DNA of 64,000 nt, taken from NCBI GenBank assembly GCA_965249725.1, contig CBDFMQ010000002.1, positions 864,001-928,000 of the forward strand. Reading direction: 5' to 3'. The notes beneath the pieces are model-generated. The model searched no databases. It saw only the letters and a program-made list of their open reading frames with translations, and was not told where the DNA came from. The position numbers and the translations under genes are program-made. The first letter of the stretch is position 1, and each line of letters opens with the position of its first letter. This DNA is from Longimicrobiales bacterium. Its GTDB lineage: Bacteria; Gemmatimonadota; Gemmatimonadetes; Longimicrobiales; Gaopeijiaceae. Positions 9,242-18,776 of the stretch are shown here, one piece after another.

Positions 9242-10654
9242 GTGACCATTCCAGAGCACATCTTCAGGCAATACGACGTCCGGGGCCTCGTCGCGACTGA
9301 ACTCACGCCTGAGGTCGCCCAGGCCGTGGGCCGAGCCTATGGCACCATGGCCCGCGAGCGGCTGGGCAGGTCGCCCCAAATCGCGGTCGGCGAAGACAAT
9401 CGGCCTTCCTCTCCGGAATTGGCCTCTGCATTGATCCGTGGCCTCACCGGTGCGGGCGCCGACGTGGTTCACGTCGGGATCGTGCCCACGCCGACGCTTT
9501 ACTGGTCCGAAAAGACACTCTCCACCGACGGCGGCATCCAGATCACGGGTTCTCACAACCCGCCGGAGTGGAATGGCATCAAGATGACGCTCCAGGGTGC
9601 CTCCGTGTACGGTGAGGCCATTCAGGATCTCAAGCGCCGGATCGTTGCCGGCGGCGGTGGGGGCGACGGTGGGGGCGACGGTGGGGGTACAGGTGGGGGT
9701 ACAGGAAACGAAGAAGGAGGGATCGAGCGGGTCGAAGTGCTCGATCGCTACATCGATGATCTTGCGGGACGATTCGACCTTCCGGGTCCCGTCAAGGTCG
9801 TGTTGGACTGCGGCAATGGCGCGGGATCACTGGTGGGTGCCGCCCTGCTGCAGCAGATCGGGGCCGAGGTCGTTCCGCTCTACTGCGAGTCCGACGGGAC
9901 GTTCCCGAATCACCACCCGGATCCGACGGTCGATGAGTATCTCGTGGATCTCATCGACACCGTGCGGCGGGAGGGAGCCGACGTGGGGATCGGGTTCGAT
10001 GGAGACGCCGACCGCATCGGCGCCGTCGATGAAAACGGAACCATCGTACGGGGGGACATCTTGTTGCTGCTGCTGGGACTCGACGTCCTTCGCAAGCGTG
10101 GTCCCGGGGCGAAGCTCATCTTCGATGTGAAGTGTTCTCAGGTGTTGCCCGACGAGTTCGCCAAGGCGGGCGGCGAGCCGATCATGTGGATGACCGGCCA
10201 TTCGCTCATCAAGGAGAAAATGCGGGAGACCGGGGCCTTGGTCGCGGGCGAGCTATCGGGTCATATCTGTCTGGCGGACGACTACTTTGGATTCGACGAC
10301 GCGCCGTACGATGCTTGCCGTTTGGTGGACCTTATCGCACGCTCCTCACGTAGCTTCTCGGAGATGGTGTCTGATTTTCCGGTTTACGTCTCGACGCCAG
10401 AGCTTCGCATCGAGGTGACCGAAGAGTCGAAGTTCGGCCTTATGCAGGCGGCACAGGAGCACTTCAAGAAGAGTCGCGAGGTGATCGACGTAGACGGGGC
10501 ACGCATTCTCTTCGAAGACGGCTGGGGACTCCTCAGAGCTTCGAACACGCAGCCGGTCATCGTCGCTCGTTACGAAGCTCGAACGGAGGAAGGTTTGCAC
10601 GCTATCAGAGACGAGATCGAGTCGTGGCTCCGAAGCCAAGGCGTGGAGCTCTGA
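9242..10654 (+). CDS. Phosphomannomutase/phosphoglucomutase (AlgC-like)
   Basis: FRQYDVRG, TGSHNP (phospho-Ser), DGDADR (metal loop) and GELSGH motifs. Confidence 0.93.
   Translation: MTIPEHIFRQYDVRGLVATELTPEVAQAVGRAYGTMARERLGRSPQIAVGEDNRPSSPELASALIRGLTGAGADVVHVGIVPTPTLYWSEKTLSTDGGIQITGSHNPPEWNGIKMTLQGASVYGEAIQDLKRRIVAGGGGGDGGGDGGGTGGGTGNEEGGIERVEVLDRYIDDLAGRFDLPGPVKVVLDCGNGAGSLVGAALLQQIGAEVVPLYCESDGTFPNHHPDPTVDEYLVDLIDTVRREGADVGIGFDGDADRIGAVDENGTIVRGDILLLLLGLDVLRKRGPGAKLIFDVKCSQVLPDEFAKAGGEPIMWMTGHSLIKEKMRETGALVAGELSGHICLADDYFGFDDAPYDACRLVDLIARSSRSFSEMVSDFPVYVSTPELRIEVTEESKFGLMQAAQEHFKKSREVIDVDGARILFEDGWGLLRASNTQPVIVARYEARTEEGLHAIRDEIESWLRSQGVEL
9656..9705 (+). repeat. In-frame 12-bp tandem repeat, GGTGGGGGCGAC x2 then GGTGGGGGTACA x2
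   Basis: Read directly; encodes GGGD/GGGT units. Confidence 0.95.
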
Positions 10655-10655
10655 C

Positions 10656-13424
10656 ATGAAGCTCGGGGAACTGCGGGGTGGACGCTTCTTGCTGGTGGGC
10701 GTTGGCGCTCTGCTCGCATTGCTGCTGTTCGGAAGGGCGGCATCCAGCGCCTACGTCGAGATCCTCTGGTTCGATGCCGTCGGCTATTCGTCCGTGTTCT
10801 GGACCCGGATCCTGTGGGAGTGGGGCATCCGCTTGGCCGGGGCCATCGTCGTGGCGGTCGCCATCTTCGCGAACTTCAGGATCGTGGCTCGGACCCTCGG
10901 CGGACTGAGGATCAAGCGACGCGTGGGCGACCTCGTGATCTCTGAGCAGCTCCCAGAGGCCTACGTGTTCTGGGGGATCCTCCTGATTTCGGCGCTGATG
11001 GGAGCCTGGTTCGGGGCCTCGATCCCGAGAGCCATGGGGCTTCAGGTGCTGTTCCTCCTCAAGGCCCCGGTCTGGGGTCTCGTAGATCCGATCCTGGCCA
11101 AGGACATGACCTTCTACGTTATCCTGCTGCCCGTGCTCGGGGCGTTGGTGACCTTCGGCATGGTCGTGGTTTTCCTGGTATTCACGCTGGCCTGCGCGGG
11201 CTACGCGGCGACGGGTGCCCTCCAATGGGGACGCGGCCGAGTCGACATCGAGGATCAGCCTCGCACTCACCTGACCGTCATCGTCGCTTCGTTCTTCGCT
11301 TTCATGGCCATCCGTTTTTGGCTCGGGAGATACCTGCTACTTCTCGACGGGACTTCAGGCGTGCAGAGCATCTTCGGATATGCGGATGCCGAAGCCCGAC
11401 TCGCGGCGTTGCGTATCCTGGCCGTGCTGTCCGCGTTCGCCGGCATCGGGACGCTCTGGGGTGGGCTGAAGGCACGGCTTCTTCCGGCCGGCGCGATGGT
11501 CGGAGCCCTCGTGATCGGGGGCGTGGTGGTGGGCCAGGCCTACCCGGCCTTCGTTCAGCGATTCCGGGTGGAGCCCAACGAGCTGGACCGTGAGACGCCC
11601 TTCATCGAGCACAACATCCACTTTACCCTCGCCGGATTCGATCTGCTGGAGTTGGAGAGGCGGGAATTCCAATACGAGCAGGACATTGAGGTCGACTGGC
11701 AGGCAGCGGCTGTGCAGTTCAGCGGTCTGCCGGTATGGAGTTCACAGGCTCTCCTCACCACGTTCCGGGAGCTCGAGGCACGGTTCCCCTACTATGATTT
11801 CTCGAGCGTGACGGTGGATCGATACGAGACGCCCCAGGGAACGGTCCCGGTCGCGCTCTCGGTACGAGAGATTCTGCCGAGGGGCATCCAAGATCCCAAC
11901 TGGCAGAACCTGCACCTGCGTGACCTCTACATCCGAGGCATGGGTGCGGTGGTGAGTGCTGCGGGGTCCCGGACCCCACAGGGGCGGCCTCCCATGTTCG
12001 TATCCGGCATTCCGCCGGAGTTCACCGAGGATGGCTTCAGTCCCGAGGGCCTTCGTCTCACGCGACCGGAGGTCTACGTCGGCACCCGGCGACAGAGCTT
12101 TGCCATCGTGGACCCGCTTCAGCAGACGGCACCCGACGGTGGCCCGGCCCGCCCCGGAGTCGACTTCCCGAGGGGCATAGAACTCAGTTCGCCTCTGCGC
12201 ACGCTGGCCCTGGCCTGGCAGGCGAGGGATGCCAACCTCCTGTTTGCATCCGAGGTGACCAGCACGAGCCGGTTCCTCTTTCGGAGAGATGTCCTCGACC
12301 GGGTCGTCCGAATATCCGGACCTCTTCTGCGCTATCCCGACGAGCCCTATCCGGTGATCCACGATGGTCACGTGGTCTGGATTCTGGAGGGGTTCACGGG
12401 GACTCGCTGGTTCCCTCTGTCCACCACGCACAACCTGGAGGCCGGACGGCCGGTCCGGTACGCCCGGAACAGCGTCAAGGTCGTCGTGGACGGGGTCACC
12501 GGGGACGTGACGTTCTACGTGGCCGACGAGGAGGATCAGCTGCTCAATGTGTATCGGCAGGGCTTCCCGACGCTCTTCAGGCCCATCGACGAAATGCCTG
12601 AAAATCTCCGAAACCATGTCCGCTATTCGCGGACCATGCTGGACCTCCAGTCGCGGGTGCTCAATCGATACCATCAGGAGAGCGCCCCGGTCTTTCATGG
12701 ACAGCAGGACGTCTGGGAGTTGCCGCAGGAGCTCGCTCAAGGCTCGACACCGGTGCCGTACCGGGCCGACTACGGGATCTACCGTCTGCCCGGCGAGACC
12801 GAAGCGAGCTTTCTGCTGACCTCCGTGTTCGTGCCACGGGGCCGCCAGAATCTGACGGCCATCCTGACGGCCCGCAGCGATGGGGATCGCTATGGAGAGT
12901 TGGTCCTGTTCGATGTCCTCGTCGAGGATCAGGCTCCGGGCCCCCGTCAGATAGAGGCTCTCATCGAGCAGGATCCGCTGATCTCACAACAGTTCTCGCT
13001 GTGGCGCACGGGAGGTAGCCAGGTGTGGACCGGGCACCTCCACCTCGTGCCCGTCGGCGGGACCCTGTTGTACATGGAGCCGGTGTTCTTGGCGGCGGAG
13101 GCGGATGCCATTCCGGAGCTGAGGAGGTTCGTGGTCAGCGACGGCCGACGCGTGGCGATGGAGGCGACGCTGCCGGAGGCCATCCAAGCCCTGGCCTCGA
13201 TGGCGGGCGACGCGCCGCCGGTGCTTCAGCCTGCTCTGGAGCCGGGTCCGACGGGTGCTGACCCGTCGTCTCCTCTAGACAGGAGCCAGTGGCCGGCCGA
13301 GGCGTTGACCCTTCTGGAAGATGCCGAGGGCGCGTTGCGGGCCGGGGACTTCGAGGGATTCGGGAACGCCCTGGACGAACTCAAAGCGCTACTGCAGCGT
13401 CTCTCAGAGGACAGTGGCAACTAG
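10656..13424 (+). CDS. UPF0182 family membrane protein
   Basis: LWFDAVGYSSVFWT, VQRFRVEPNELDRETPFIEHNI, YARNSVKVVVDG and LLYMEPVFL motifs; 922 aa. Confidence 0.9.
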   Translation: MKLGELRGGRFLLVGVGALLALLLFGRAASSAYVEILWFDAVGYSSVFWTRILWEWGIRLAGAIVVAVAIFANFRIVARTLGGLRIKRRVGDLVISEQLPEAYVFWGILLISALMGAWFGASIPRAMGLQVLFLLKAPVWGLVDPILAKDMTFYVILLPVLGALVTFGMVVVFLVFTLACAGYAATGALQWGRGRVDIEDQPRTHLTVIVASFFAFMAIRFWLGRYLLLLDGTSGVQSIFGYADAEARLAALRILAVLSAFAGIGTLWGGLKARLLPAGAMVGALVIGGVVVGQAYPAFVQRFRVEPNELDRETPFIEHNIHFTLAGFDLLELERREFQYEQDIEVDWQAAAVQFSGLPVWSSQALLTTFRELEARFPYYDFSSVTVDRYETPQGTVPVALSVREILPRGIQDPNWQNLHLRDLYIRGMGAVVSAAGSRTPQGRPPMFVSGIPPEFTEDGFSPEGLRLTRPEVYVGTRRQSFAIVDPLQQTAPDGGPARPGVDFPRGIELSSPLRTLALAWQARDANLLFASEVTSTSRFLFRRDVLDRVVRISGPLLRYPDEPYPVIHDGHVVWILEGFTGTRWFPLSTTHNLEAGRPVRYARNSVKVVVDGVTGDVTFYVADEEDQLLNVYRQGFPTLFRPIDEMPENLRNHVRYSRTMLDLQSRVLNRYHQESAPVFHGQQDVWELPQELAQGSTPVPYRADYGIYRLPGETEASFLLTSVFVPRGRQNLTAILTARSDGDRYGELVLFDVLVEDQAPGPRQIEALIEQDPLISQQFSLWRTGGSQVWTGHLHLVPVGGTLLYMEPVFLAAEADAIPELRRFVVSDGRRVAMEATLPEAIQALASMAGDAPPVLQPALEPGPTGADPSSPLDRSQWPAEALTLLEDAEGALRAGDFEGFGNALDELKALLQRLSEDSGN

Positions 13425-13436
13425 TCTCGATTCGGC

Positions 13437-13465
13437 TTGATCGCCCTCTCGAGGCTGGGTAGTTT
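13437..13465 (+). promoter_or_regulatory. Putative sigma70 promoter for sucCD
   Basis: TTGATC-N17-TAGTTT in the intergenic region. Confidence 0.6.
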
Positions 13466-13560
13466 CAGGTCCCTCGCAGGCTCCGCCTCACGGCGCGTGA
13501 TGACGTCATCGCCGGAGCTATTTCGATTGGTCGTTTCGACTTCGAGCCCGACTAGCATAC

Positions 13561-14697
13561 ATGAATATTCACGAGTATCAGGCGAAGGACATTCTTCGCG
13601 CCCACGGCATTCCCGTACCGCCCGGTGAGGTGGCTACGACGGCAGACGAGGCCGTCCGGATCGCCGAAAGCTACGGCGGTATGGTCGTCGTGAAGGCACA
13701 GGTCCACTCCGGAGGACGGGGTAAGGCCGGGGGAGTGAAGTTGGCCAAGACCTCGGAGGAGGTCAGAGAGCACGCCGAGAACATCCTCGGAATGACCATC
13801 TCGGGACTCACGGTAGAGAAGGTGTTGATCACACCTGCAGAGGACATCGACACCGAGGCCTATGTCGGGGTCCTGGTCGATCGCGCATCTCAGGCCGCCA
13901 CGTTCATGGTCTCGTCCGAGGGAGGGATCGACATCGAGGAGGTGGCGCACACCAATCCGGATGCCATCCGCAAGCTCACCGTCGATCCCCGCTATGGGTT
14001 GATGGGCCACCAGGCCTATTGGCTGGCGAACGCGCTCTACGACGATCCGGCGTTGATCAAGCAAGCGTCCAAGATCATACGGCTGCTCTACGAGGCGTTC
14101 ACTGCGAGTGGCGGCTCAATGGTGGAGATCAATCCGTTGATCACCACTACCGGCGGGGAAGTGAAGGCCATCGATGCCAAGATGAGCATCGACGACAGTG
14201 AGCTGTTCAGGCAGCCCGAGATCGCCGCGTACCGCGATCTGTCGGCGGAGCCATGGGCCGAGACGAAGGCCCGTGAGTCCAGCCTCAGCTACGTGAAGCT
14301 CGACGGCAACGTGGGTTGCTGCGTGAACGGCGCCGGGCTGGCGATGGCCACCATGGACCTGGTGAAGTACTACGGAGGAGAGCCGGCGAACTTCCTGGAC
14401 ATCGGGGGATCCTCGAATCCGGAGAAGGTCGTGGCCGCCCTCGAGATCATCACTTCCGATCCGAATGTGGATGTGATTCTCTTCAACATCTTCGGAGGGA
14501 TCACGCGCGGCGACGATGTCGCGAGAGGCATCGTTGAGGCGACGCGTCGCATCGACATCAAGCCGCCCATCGTGATACGGCTGACGGGGACCAACGAGAA
14601 GGAAGGACTCGAGATCCTGTCGGAGGCGGGATTCTCGGCGTTCACCTCCATGGACGACGTCGTCGAGCGCGCGGTTCAGATGGCCGCAGAGGCATGA
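13561..14697 (+). CDS. sucC: Succinyl-CoA ligase beta subunit
   Basis: MNIHEYQAK, GGRGKAGGVK and NGAGLAMATMD motifs. Confidence 0.98.
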   Translation: MNIHEYQAKDILRAHGIPVPPGEVATTADEAVRIAESYGGMVVVKAQVHSGGRGKAGGVKLAKTSEEVREHAENILGMTISGLTVEKVLITPAEDIDTEAYVGVLVDRASQAATFMVSSEGGIDIEEVAHTNPDAIRKLTVDPRYGLMGHQAYWLANALYDDPALIKQASKIIRLLYEAFTASGGSMVEINPLITTTGGEVKAIDAKMSIDDSELFRQPEIAAYRDLSAEPWAETKARESSLSYVKLDGNVGCCVNGAGLAMATMDLVKYYGGEPANFLDIGGSSNPEKVVAALEIITSDPNVDVILFNIFGGITRGDDVARGIVEATRRIDIKPPIVIRLTGTNEKEGLEILSEAGFSAFTSMDDVVERAVQMAAEA

Positions 14698-14734
14698 TAC
14701 CTGCAACCACTATGACGAACTAACGAGACGATAG

Positions 14735-15631
14735 ATGGCAATTCTTGTCGACGAAAACACGAAGCTGGTCGTCCAGGGCATTACCGGCCGGGACGGATCG
14801 TTCCACACGGCTCAGATGATCGAGTACGGGACGAACGTCGTGGCGGGAGTTACGCCCGGGAAGGGGGGCCAGTCCTTCGAGGGGCCGAACCGCACGTCCG
14901 TTCCCATTTTCAATTCGATGGACCGAGCGGTCGCCGAGACCGGTGCGAACACTTCGATCGTCTACGTACCCCCTGCATTCGCTGCTGGCGCTGTCGAAGA
15001 GGCCGCCGACGCGGGCGTTGAGCTGGTCGTGGCGATCACAGAAGGAGTACCGGTCCTCGATATGGCGCGCGCGCACGTATTCGCGCGAGATCGGGGTGCC
15101 CGGGTCCTGGGTCCGAACTGCCCCGGGGTGATTTCTCCCGGCAAGGCGAAGGTGGGGATCATTCCGGATCAGATCGTGACGCCCGGACCCGTCGGGGTGA
15201 TTTCCCGCTCGGGGACGCTCACGTATGAGGCCGTCATTCACCTCACCAACGCCGGTATTGGGCAGACGACCTGTGTCGGCATCGGAGGGGACCCACTGAT
15301 CGGCACCAACTTCGTGGACGCTCTCGAGGCCTTTTCCACCGATGGCGACACGCAGGCCATCGTGATGATCGGCGAGATCGGTGGCACCGACGAGCAGGAA
15401 GCGGCGACCTGGGTGAAGGAGAATCTGGATATTCCGGTGGTTGGCTTCATCGCCGGTCAGACGGCACCTCCGGGTCGACGGATGGGGCACGCGGGTGCGA
15501 TCATAAGCGGTTCCGCCGGAACGGCCGAGGAGAAGACCAAGGCGTTCGAAGACAACGGAATTCAGGTGGCGCAGCGCCCCGTGGACATCGTGGGTTTGAT
15601 TGAAGAGGCCCTCGGAGCAAAGACTGGTTGA
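14735..15631 (+). CDS. sucD: Succinyl-CoA ligase alpha subunit
   Basis: VVQGITG, GPNCPG and RMGHAGAI (phospho-His) motifs. Confidence 0.98.
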   Translation: MAILVDENTKLVVQGITGRDGSFHTAQMIEYGTNVVAGVTPGKGGQSFEGPNRTSVPIFNSMDRAVAETGANTSIVYVPPAFAAGAVEEAADAGVELVVAITEGVPVLDMARAHVFARDRGARVLGPNCPGVISPGKAKVGIIPDQIVTPGPVGVISRSGTLTYEAVIHLTNAGIGQTTCVGIGGDPLIGTNFVDALEAFSTDGDTQAIVMIGEIGGTDEQEAATWVKENLDIPVVGFIAGQTAPPGRRMGHAGAIISGSAGTAEEKTKAFEDNGIQVAQRPVDIVGLIEEALGAKTG

Positions 15632-15650
15632 GTCCGAAACGGACGTACCC

Positions 15651-16538
15651 ATGAAGCTCATCGACCTACTCGGCGACGACGGAATTCTCATCCCGTTGGA
15701 CGCATCCGATCTGGAAGCGGCCCTCACGGCGGCTTTCGAGGTCGTTGAGGGTTTCACGAGCGACAAGGCTGCCCGCGTAGCGATCGACCTCGCCACGGGG
15801 TCCACAGGTGACGTGGTCCGGGCTCATGATGAAATCGTCGTCGTGCTCGCTCAGGAAGAGACCCTCGAGTCGGTATCGGCGGTCCTTGGCGTATCACCTG
15901 TGCCCTTCGACGTCGGTGGGACAGAAGAGCCGGCGACGGCACGGGTCCTGATGCTGCTGGTGACCCCGCGTCGGTTCGCGACCTTGAAGCATCAGATGCT
16001 GCCGGCGTTGCTCCGCTTCTTCCGTGAGGAGGAGAGGGCGGGGCCACTCGTTGCGGCAGAGTCGGTAGACTCGGTGAAGGGGCTCAAGGGCCTCATGGAA
16101 TTGGAGCTTCACGAGAGGCTGTTGGTGGAGGATGTGCTCTCACCCCTCCAGTACCGGGTCTATCCGGACACCCCCTATACCGAGGTGGTGGACCTGATGG
16201 TGAGGCGCGGGCTCAAGTCGGTACCGGTGGTCGGCGAGGACTACGAGTTCCTCGGGATCATCACGACCGGTGATGCGATGAAGTATGTAGTCGCCAAGAG
16301 TCAAACGGAGGACTCGGGGGACTCGACCGCCGCGGGGCCTCCAGTGGAGGCGACGGCAAGGGAGATCATGACGAGAAGCGTCATGTGTGTCTCCGAGGAC
16401 CAAAGCCTGATGGAGGCGGCATTCATCATGGTGAACAGGGATGTAGAGGAGCTCCCGGTGATTCGCGAAGGCGAGATGGTCGGCTTTCTCACTCGGGGAG
16501 AGGTTCTGCGGATGCTATTCGGGCCCGCAGAGAGTTGA
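15651..16538 (+). CDS. CBS-pair protein with a degenerate PTS EIIA-like N-terminal domain
   Basis: Two CBS repeats (VPVV...LGIIT; LPVI...VGFLT); N-terminus MKLIDLL...LIPLDA resembles EIIA; start chosen at ATG 15651. Confidence 0.7.
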   Translation: MKLIDLLGDDGILIPLDASDLEAALTAAFEVVEGFTSDKAARVAIDLATGSTGDVVRAHDEIVVVLAQEETLESVSAVLGVSPVPFDVGGTEEPATARVLMLLVTPRRFATLKHQMLPALLRFFREEERAGPLVAAESVDSVKGLKGLMELELHERLLVEDVLSPLQYRVYPDTPYTEVVDLMVRRGLKSVPVVGEDYEFLGIITTGDAMKYVVAKSQTEDSGDSTAAGPPVEATAREIMTRSVMCVSEDQSLMEAAFIMVNRDVEELPVIREGEMVGFLTRGEVLRMLFGPAES

Positions 16539-16566
16539 GAGACGTTTACTGGAGGAATGAAGCTAT

Positions 16567-16986
16567 ATGAGTTTGACGCTCGCGATCATCAAGCCGGACG
16601 CAGTCGGGTCCGACCTGGCGGGGAAAGTACTCGCGCACCTGCAGGGCGCGGGGTTCACGGTGCGCGCCTTGAAGATGACGCGCCTGGGCCCGGAACAGGC
16701 GGGTGCGTTCTACGAAGTGCACCGGGAACGGCCATTCTATGACTCGCTTGTGAGCTTCATGACCTCGGGTCCGGTCATTCCCATGATTCTCGAGGCCGAC
16801 GATGCCGTAGCCAAGCTCAGGCAGGTCATCGGTGCGACCGATCCGGCGGAAGCAGACGAAGGCACGGCCCGGAAGCTCTTCGCCGAGTCCAAGGAAAGAA
16901 ACGCCATTCACGCGTCTGATTCCGATGAGAATGCCGCCGCCGAGATCGCTTTCTTCTTCTCGCGACACGAGCGTCTCGGACTCTAG
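16567..16986 (+). CDS. ndk: Nucleoside diphosphate kinase
   Basis: [16 protein letters not shown] and NAIHASDS motifs; GGAGG upstream. Confidence 0.97.
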   Translation: MSLTLAIIKPDAVGSDLAGKVLAHLQGAGFTVRALKMTRLGPEQAGAFYEVHRERPFYDSLVSFMTSGPVIPMILEADDAVAKLRQVIGATDPAEADEGTARKLFAESKERNAIHASDSDENAAAEIAFFFSRHERLGL

Positions 16987-17017
16987 CTGTAGTGAGGCCT
17001 GACGGGCCTTTCCCGCG

Positions 17018-17046
17018 TTGACTCCCCTAAAGCGTTGGGGTAGCTT
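17018..17046 (+). promoter_or_regulatory. Putative sigma70 promoter for the yceD-rpmF-plsX-fab operon, probably leaderless
   Basis: TTGACT-N17-TAGCTT; ATG follows 8 nt after the -10 with no SD. Confidence 0.7.
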
Positions 17047-17054
17047 TTTCGTCT

Positions 17055-17564
17055 ATGCTCAGAGTTGACCTGGGTCTCCTGGAGCGGAAGCAATCGCTCC
17101 AGGTAGAGGGATTCCTCGAGCCGGATCAGCATTCCTTCGAGGGGTGTGGATTCGTTCTCGAGAACCCGCTCCACGTGGCGCTTACGGCCGCGTGGGCCGG
17201 TTCGGGTGAGATGGTGGTACGGGGCACGATGAAGGGCTCCGTTCGGCAAGGCTGTCGCCGCTGTCTCGAACCGTTCGGTCGGGTTGTGAACAGCGAAGTC
17301 ACGATGGTGTTCGCTTCCCCGGAGATCCTGGACGACGACGATGAGGAAACACGCCGCATCGAGCGTGGCGAGCGTGAGATTGACCTGGGACCGCATCTTC
17401 GCGATGAGTTGATCCTGTTGGTACCGATGTATGTGGAGTGCCGAGAGGACTGCAAAGGACTGTGCGCGGGGTGTGGAGCGAATCTGAACGAGACTGATTG
17501 TCAGTGCTCGACGGAGGACATGGACCCGAGATGGGATGCCCTTCGAGCACATAAGAACGAGTGA
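17055..17564 (+). CDS. yceD: YceD/DUF177 family protein
   Basis: CRRCLEP, CREDCKGLCAGCGANLN and DPRW motifs; upstream of rpmF. Confidence 0.9.
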   Translation: MLRVDLGLLERKQSLQVEGFLEPDQHSFEGCGFVLENPLHVALTAAWAGSGEMVVRGTMKGSVRQGCRRCLEPFGRVVNSEVTMVFASPEILDDDDEETRRIERGEREIDLGPHLRDELILLVPMYVECREDCKGLCAGCGANLNETDCQCSTEDMDPRWDALRAHKNE

Positions 17565-17572
17565 GTTGAGAG

Positions 17573-17755
17573 ATGGCCGTTCCGAAGAAGAAGATCTCGA
17601 AGCAGCGTAAGCGTAAGCGCCGGACGCACTACAAGGCCGAGCCTGTGGTGACCAACACCTGCTCACGTTGCGGGGATCCGAAGATCCCACATCGGGTGTG
17701 CCCCAGTTGTGGGTACTATGGGGGTGAGCAGGTGATCGAGCCGGATCTGGACTGA
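17573..17755 (+). CDS. rpmF: 50S ribosomal protein L32 (Zn-binding type)
   Basis: MAVPKKKISK; CSRC...HRVCPSCGYY. Confidence 0.97.
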   Translation: MAVPKKKISKQRKRKRRTHYKAEPVVTNTCSRCGDPKIPHRVCPSCGYYGGEQVIEPDLD

Positions 17756-17780
17756 CCCTTCGTCGACGGGATCAACCGAG

Positions 17781-18776
17781 GTGCGGATTGCGCTAGATGC
17801 TATGGGCACCGACCAGGCACCGGCCACAGAGGTCGCCGGGGCCGTCAGCGCTCTTCAAGATCCCGGCTCCGACTTCGAGATTCTCCTGGTCGGTGACCGC
17901 GACACTCTGGAATCCGAAGTCGCGCTCCATGGGGATTATCCCGAAGACCGCCTCACGATAGTGCACGCTCCGGACCGCGTCCTGCCGGGCGAGCCTCCAT
18001 CCACGGTCCTCCGTCGCAAGCCTGAATCCTCCATCGCCGTTGGCGTTGGACTCCACAAGAAGGGGGAGGCAGACGCCTTTATCAGTGCCGGATCGACCGG
18101 TGCGGTCATGGCGGCGTCCCTGTTCATCCTACGTCCCCTGCAAGGCGTGGATCGCCCGCCTATCGGGACCATCGTTCCGACGGCCAAGGGTCCGCTGCTG
18201 CTCCTGGACGCCGGTGCAAACGTGGACTGCAAGCCGCACCAGCTCATCCAGTTTGCTCGCCTGGGGAAGGTGTACGCCCAGGACCTCATGGACATCGCCA
18301 GCCCACGCGTCGGACTCCTCAACATCGGGGAGGAACCAAAGAAGGGTGGCGAGTTGGCCGTCGCGACGTACAAAGGCCTCGCCGAGAGCGGTCTCAACTT
18401 CGTCGGCAACATCGAGGGCCGTGGAATCGTCGAGGGCGCGTGCGACGTGTTGGTCTGCGACGGCTTCGTCGGCAATGTGCTTCTCAAATTCTACGAATCC
18501 GTGGCGAGCTTCACGGTGGGCCTTCTCACGAACGCCCTGGGCGAGATCCAGGCGAACAACGACCTGGACGAAGTGTTCCGGTTGCTCGACTATACCGAGA
18601 CCGGTGGAGCTCCCCTCCTGGGCGTGAACGGCATTCCGATCATCTGCCACGGAGGGTCTCCACCCAAGGCGATCCGAAATGCCATCGGTGTGGCCGACCG
18701 GGCCGCTAAAGCTTCGATGGTGTCTCACTTCGAGAAGGAGCTCACGATGCCGGTGGTGGAAGGCGGCATGGTTTGA
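17781..18776 (+). CDS. plsX: Phosphate acyltransferase PlsX
   Basis: IALDAMGTD, LDAGANVD, GLLNIGEE and CDGFVGN motifs. Confidence 0.97.
   Translation: MRIALDAMGTDQAPATEVAGAVSALQDPGSDFEILLVGDRDTLESEVALHGDYPEDRLTIVHAPDRVLPGEPPSTVLRRKPESSIAVGVGLHKKGEADAFISAGSTGAVMAASLFILRPLQGVDRPPIGTIVPTAKGPLLLLDAGANVDCKPHQLIQFARLGKVYAQDLMDIASPRVGLLNIGEEPKKGGELAVATYKGLAESGLNFVGNIEGRGIVEGACDVLVCDGFVGNVLLKFYESVASFTVGLLTNALGEIQANNDLDEVFRLLDYTETGGAPLLGVNGIPIICHGGSPPKAIRNAIGVADRAAKASMVSHFEKELTMPVVEGGMV

Noticed and set aside
16994..17012. Hairpin after ndk as an intrinsic terminator
   Set aside because: 6-bp stem with only about 3 T, too weak to call
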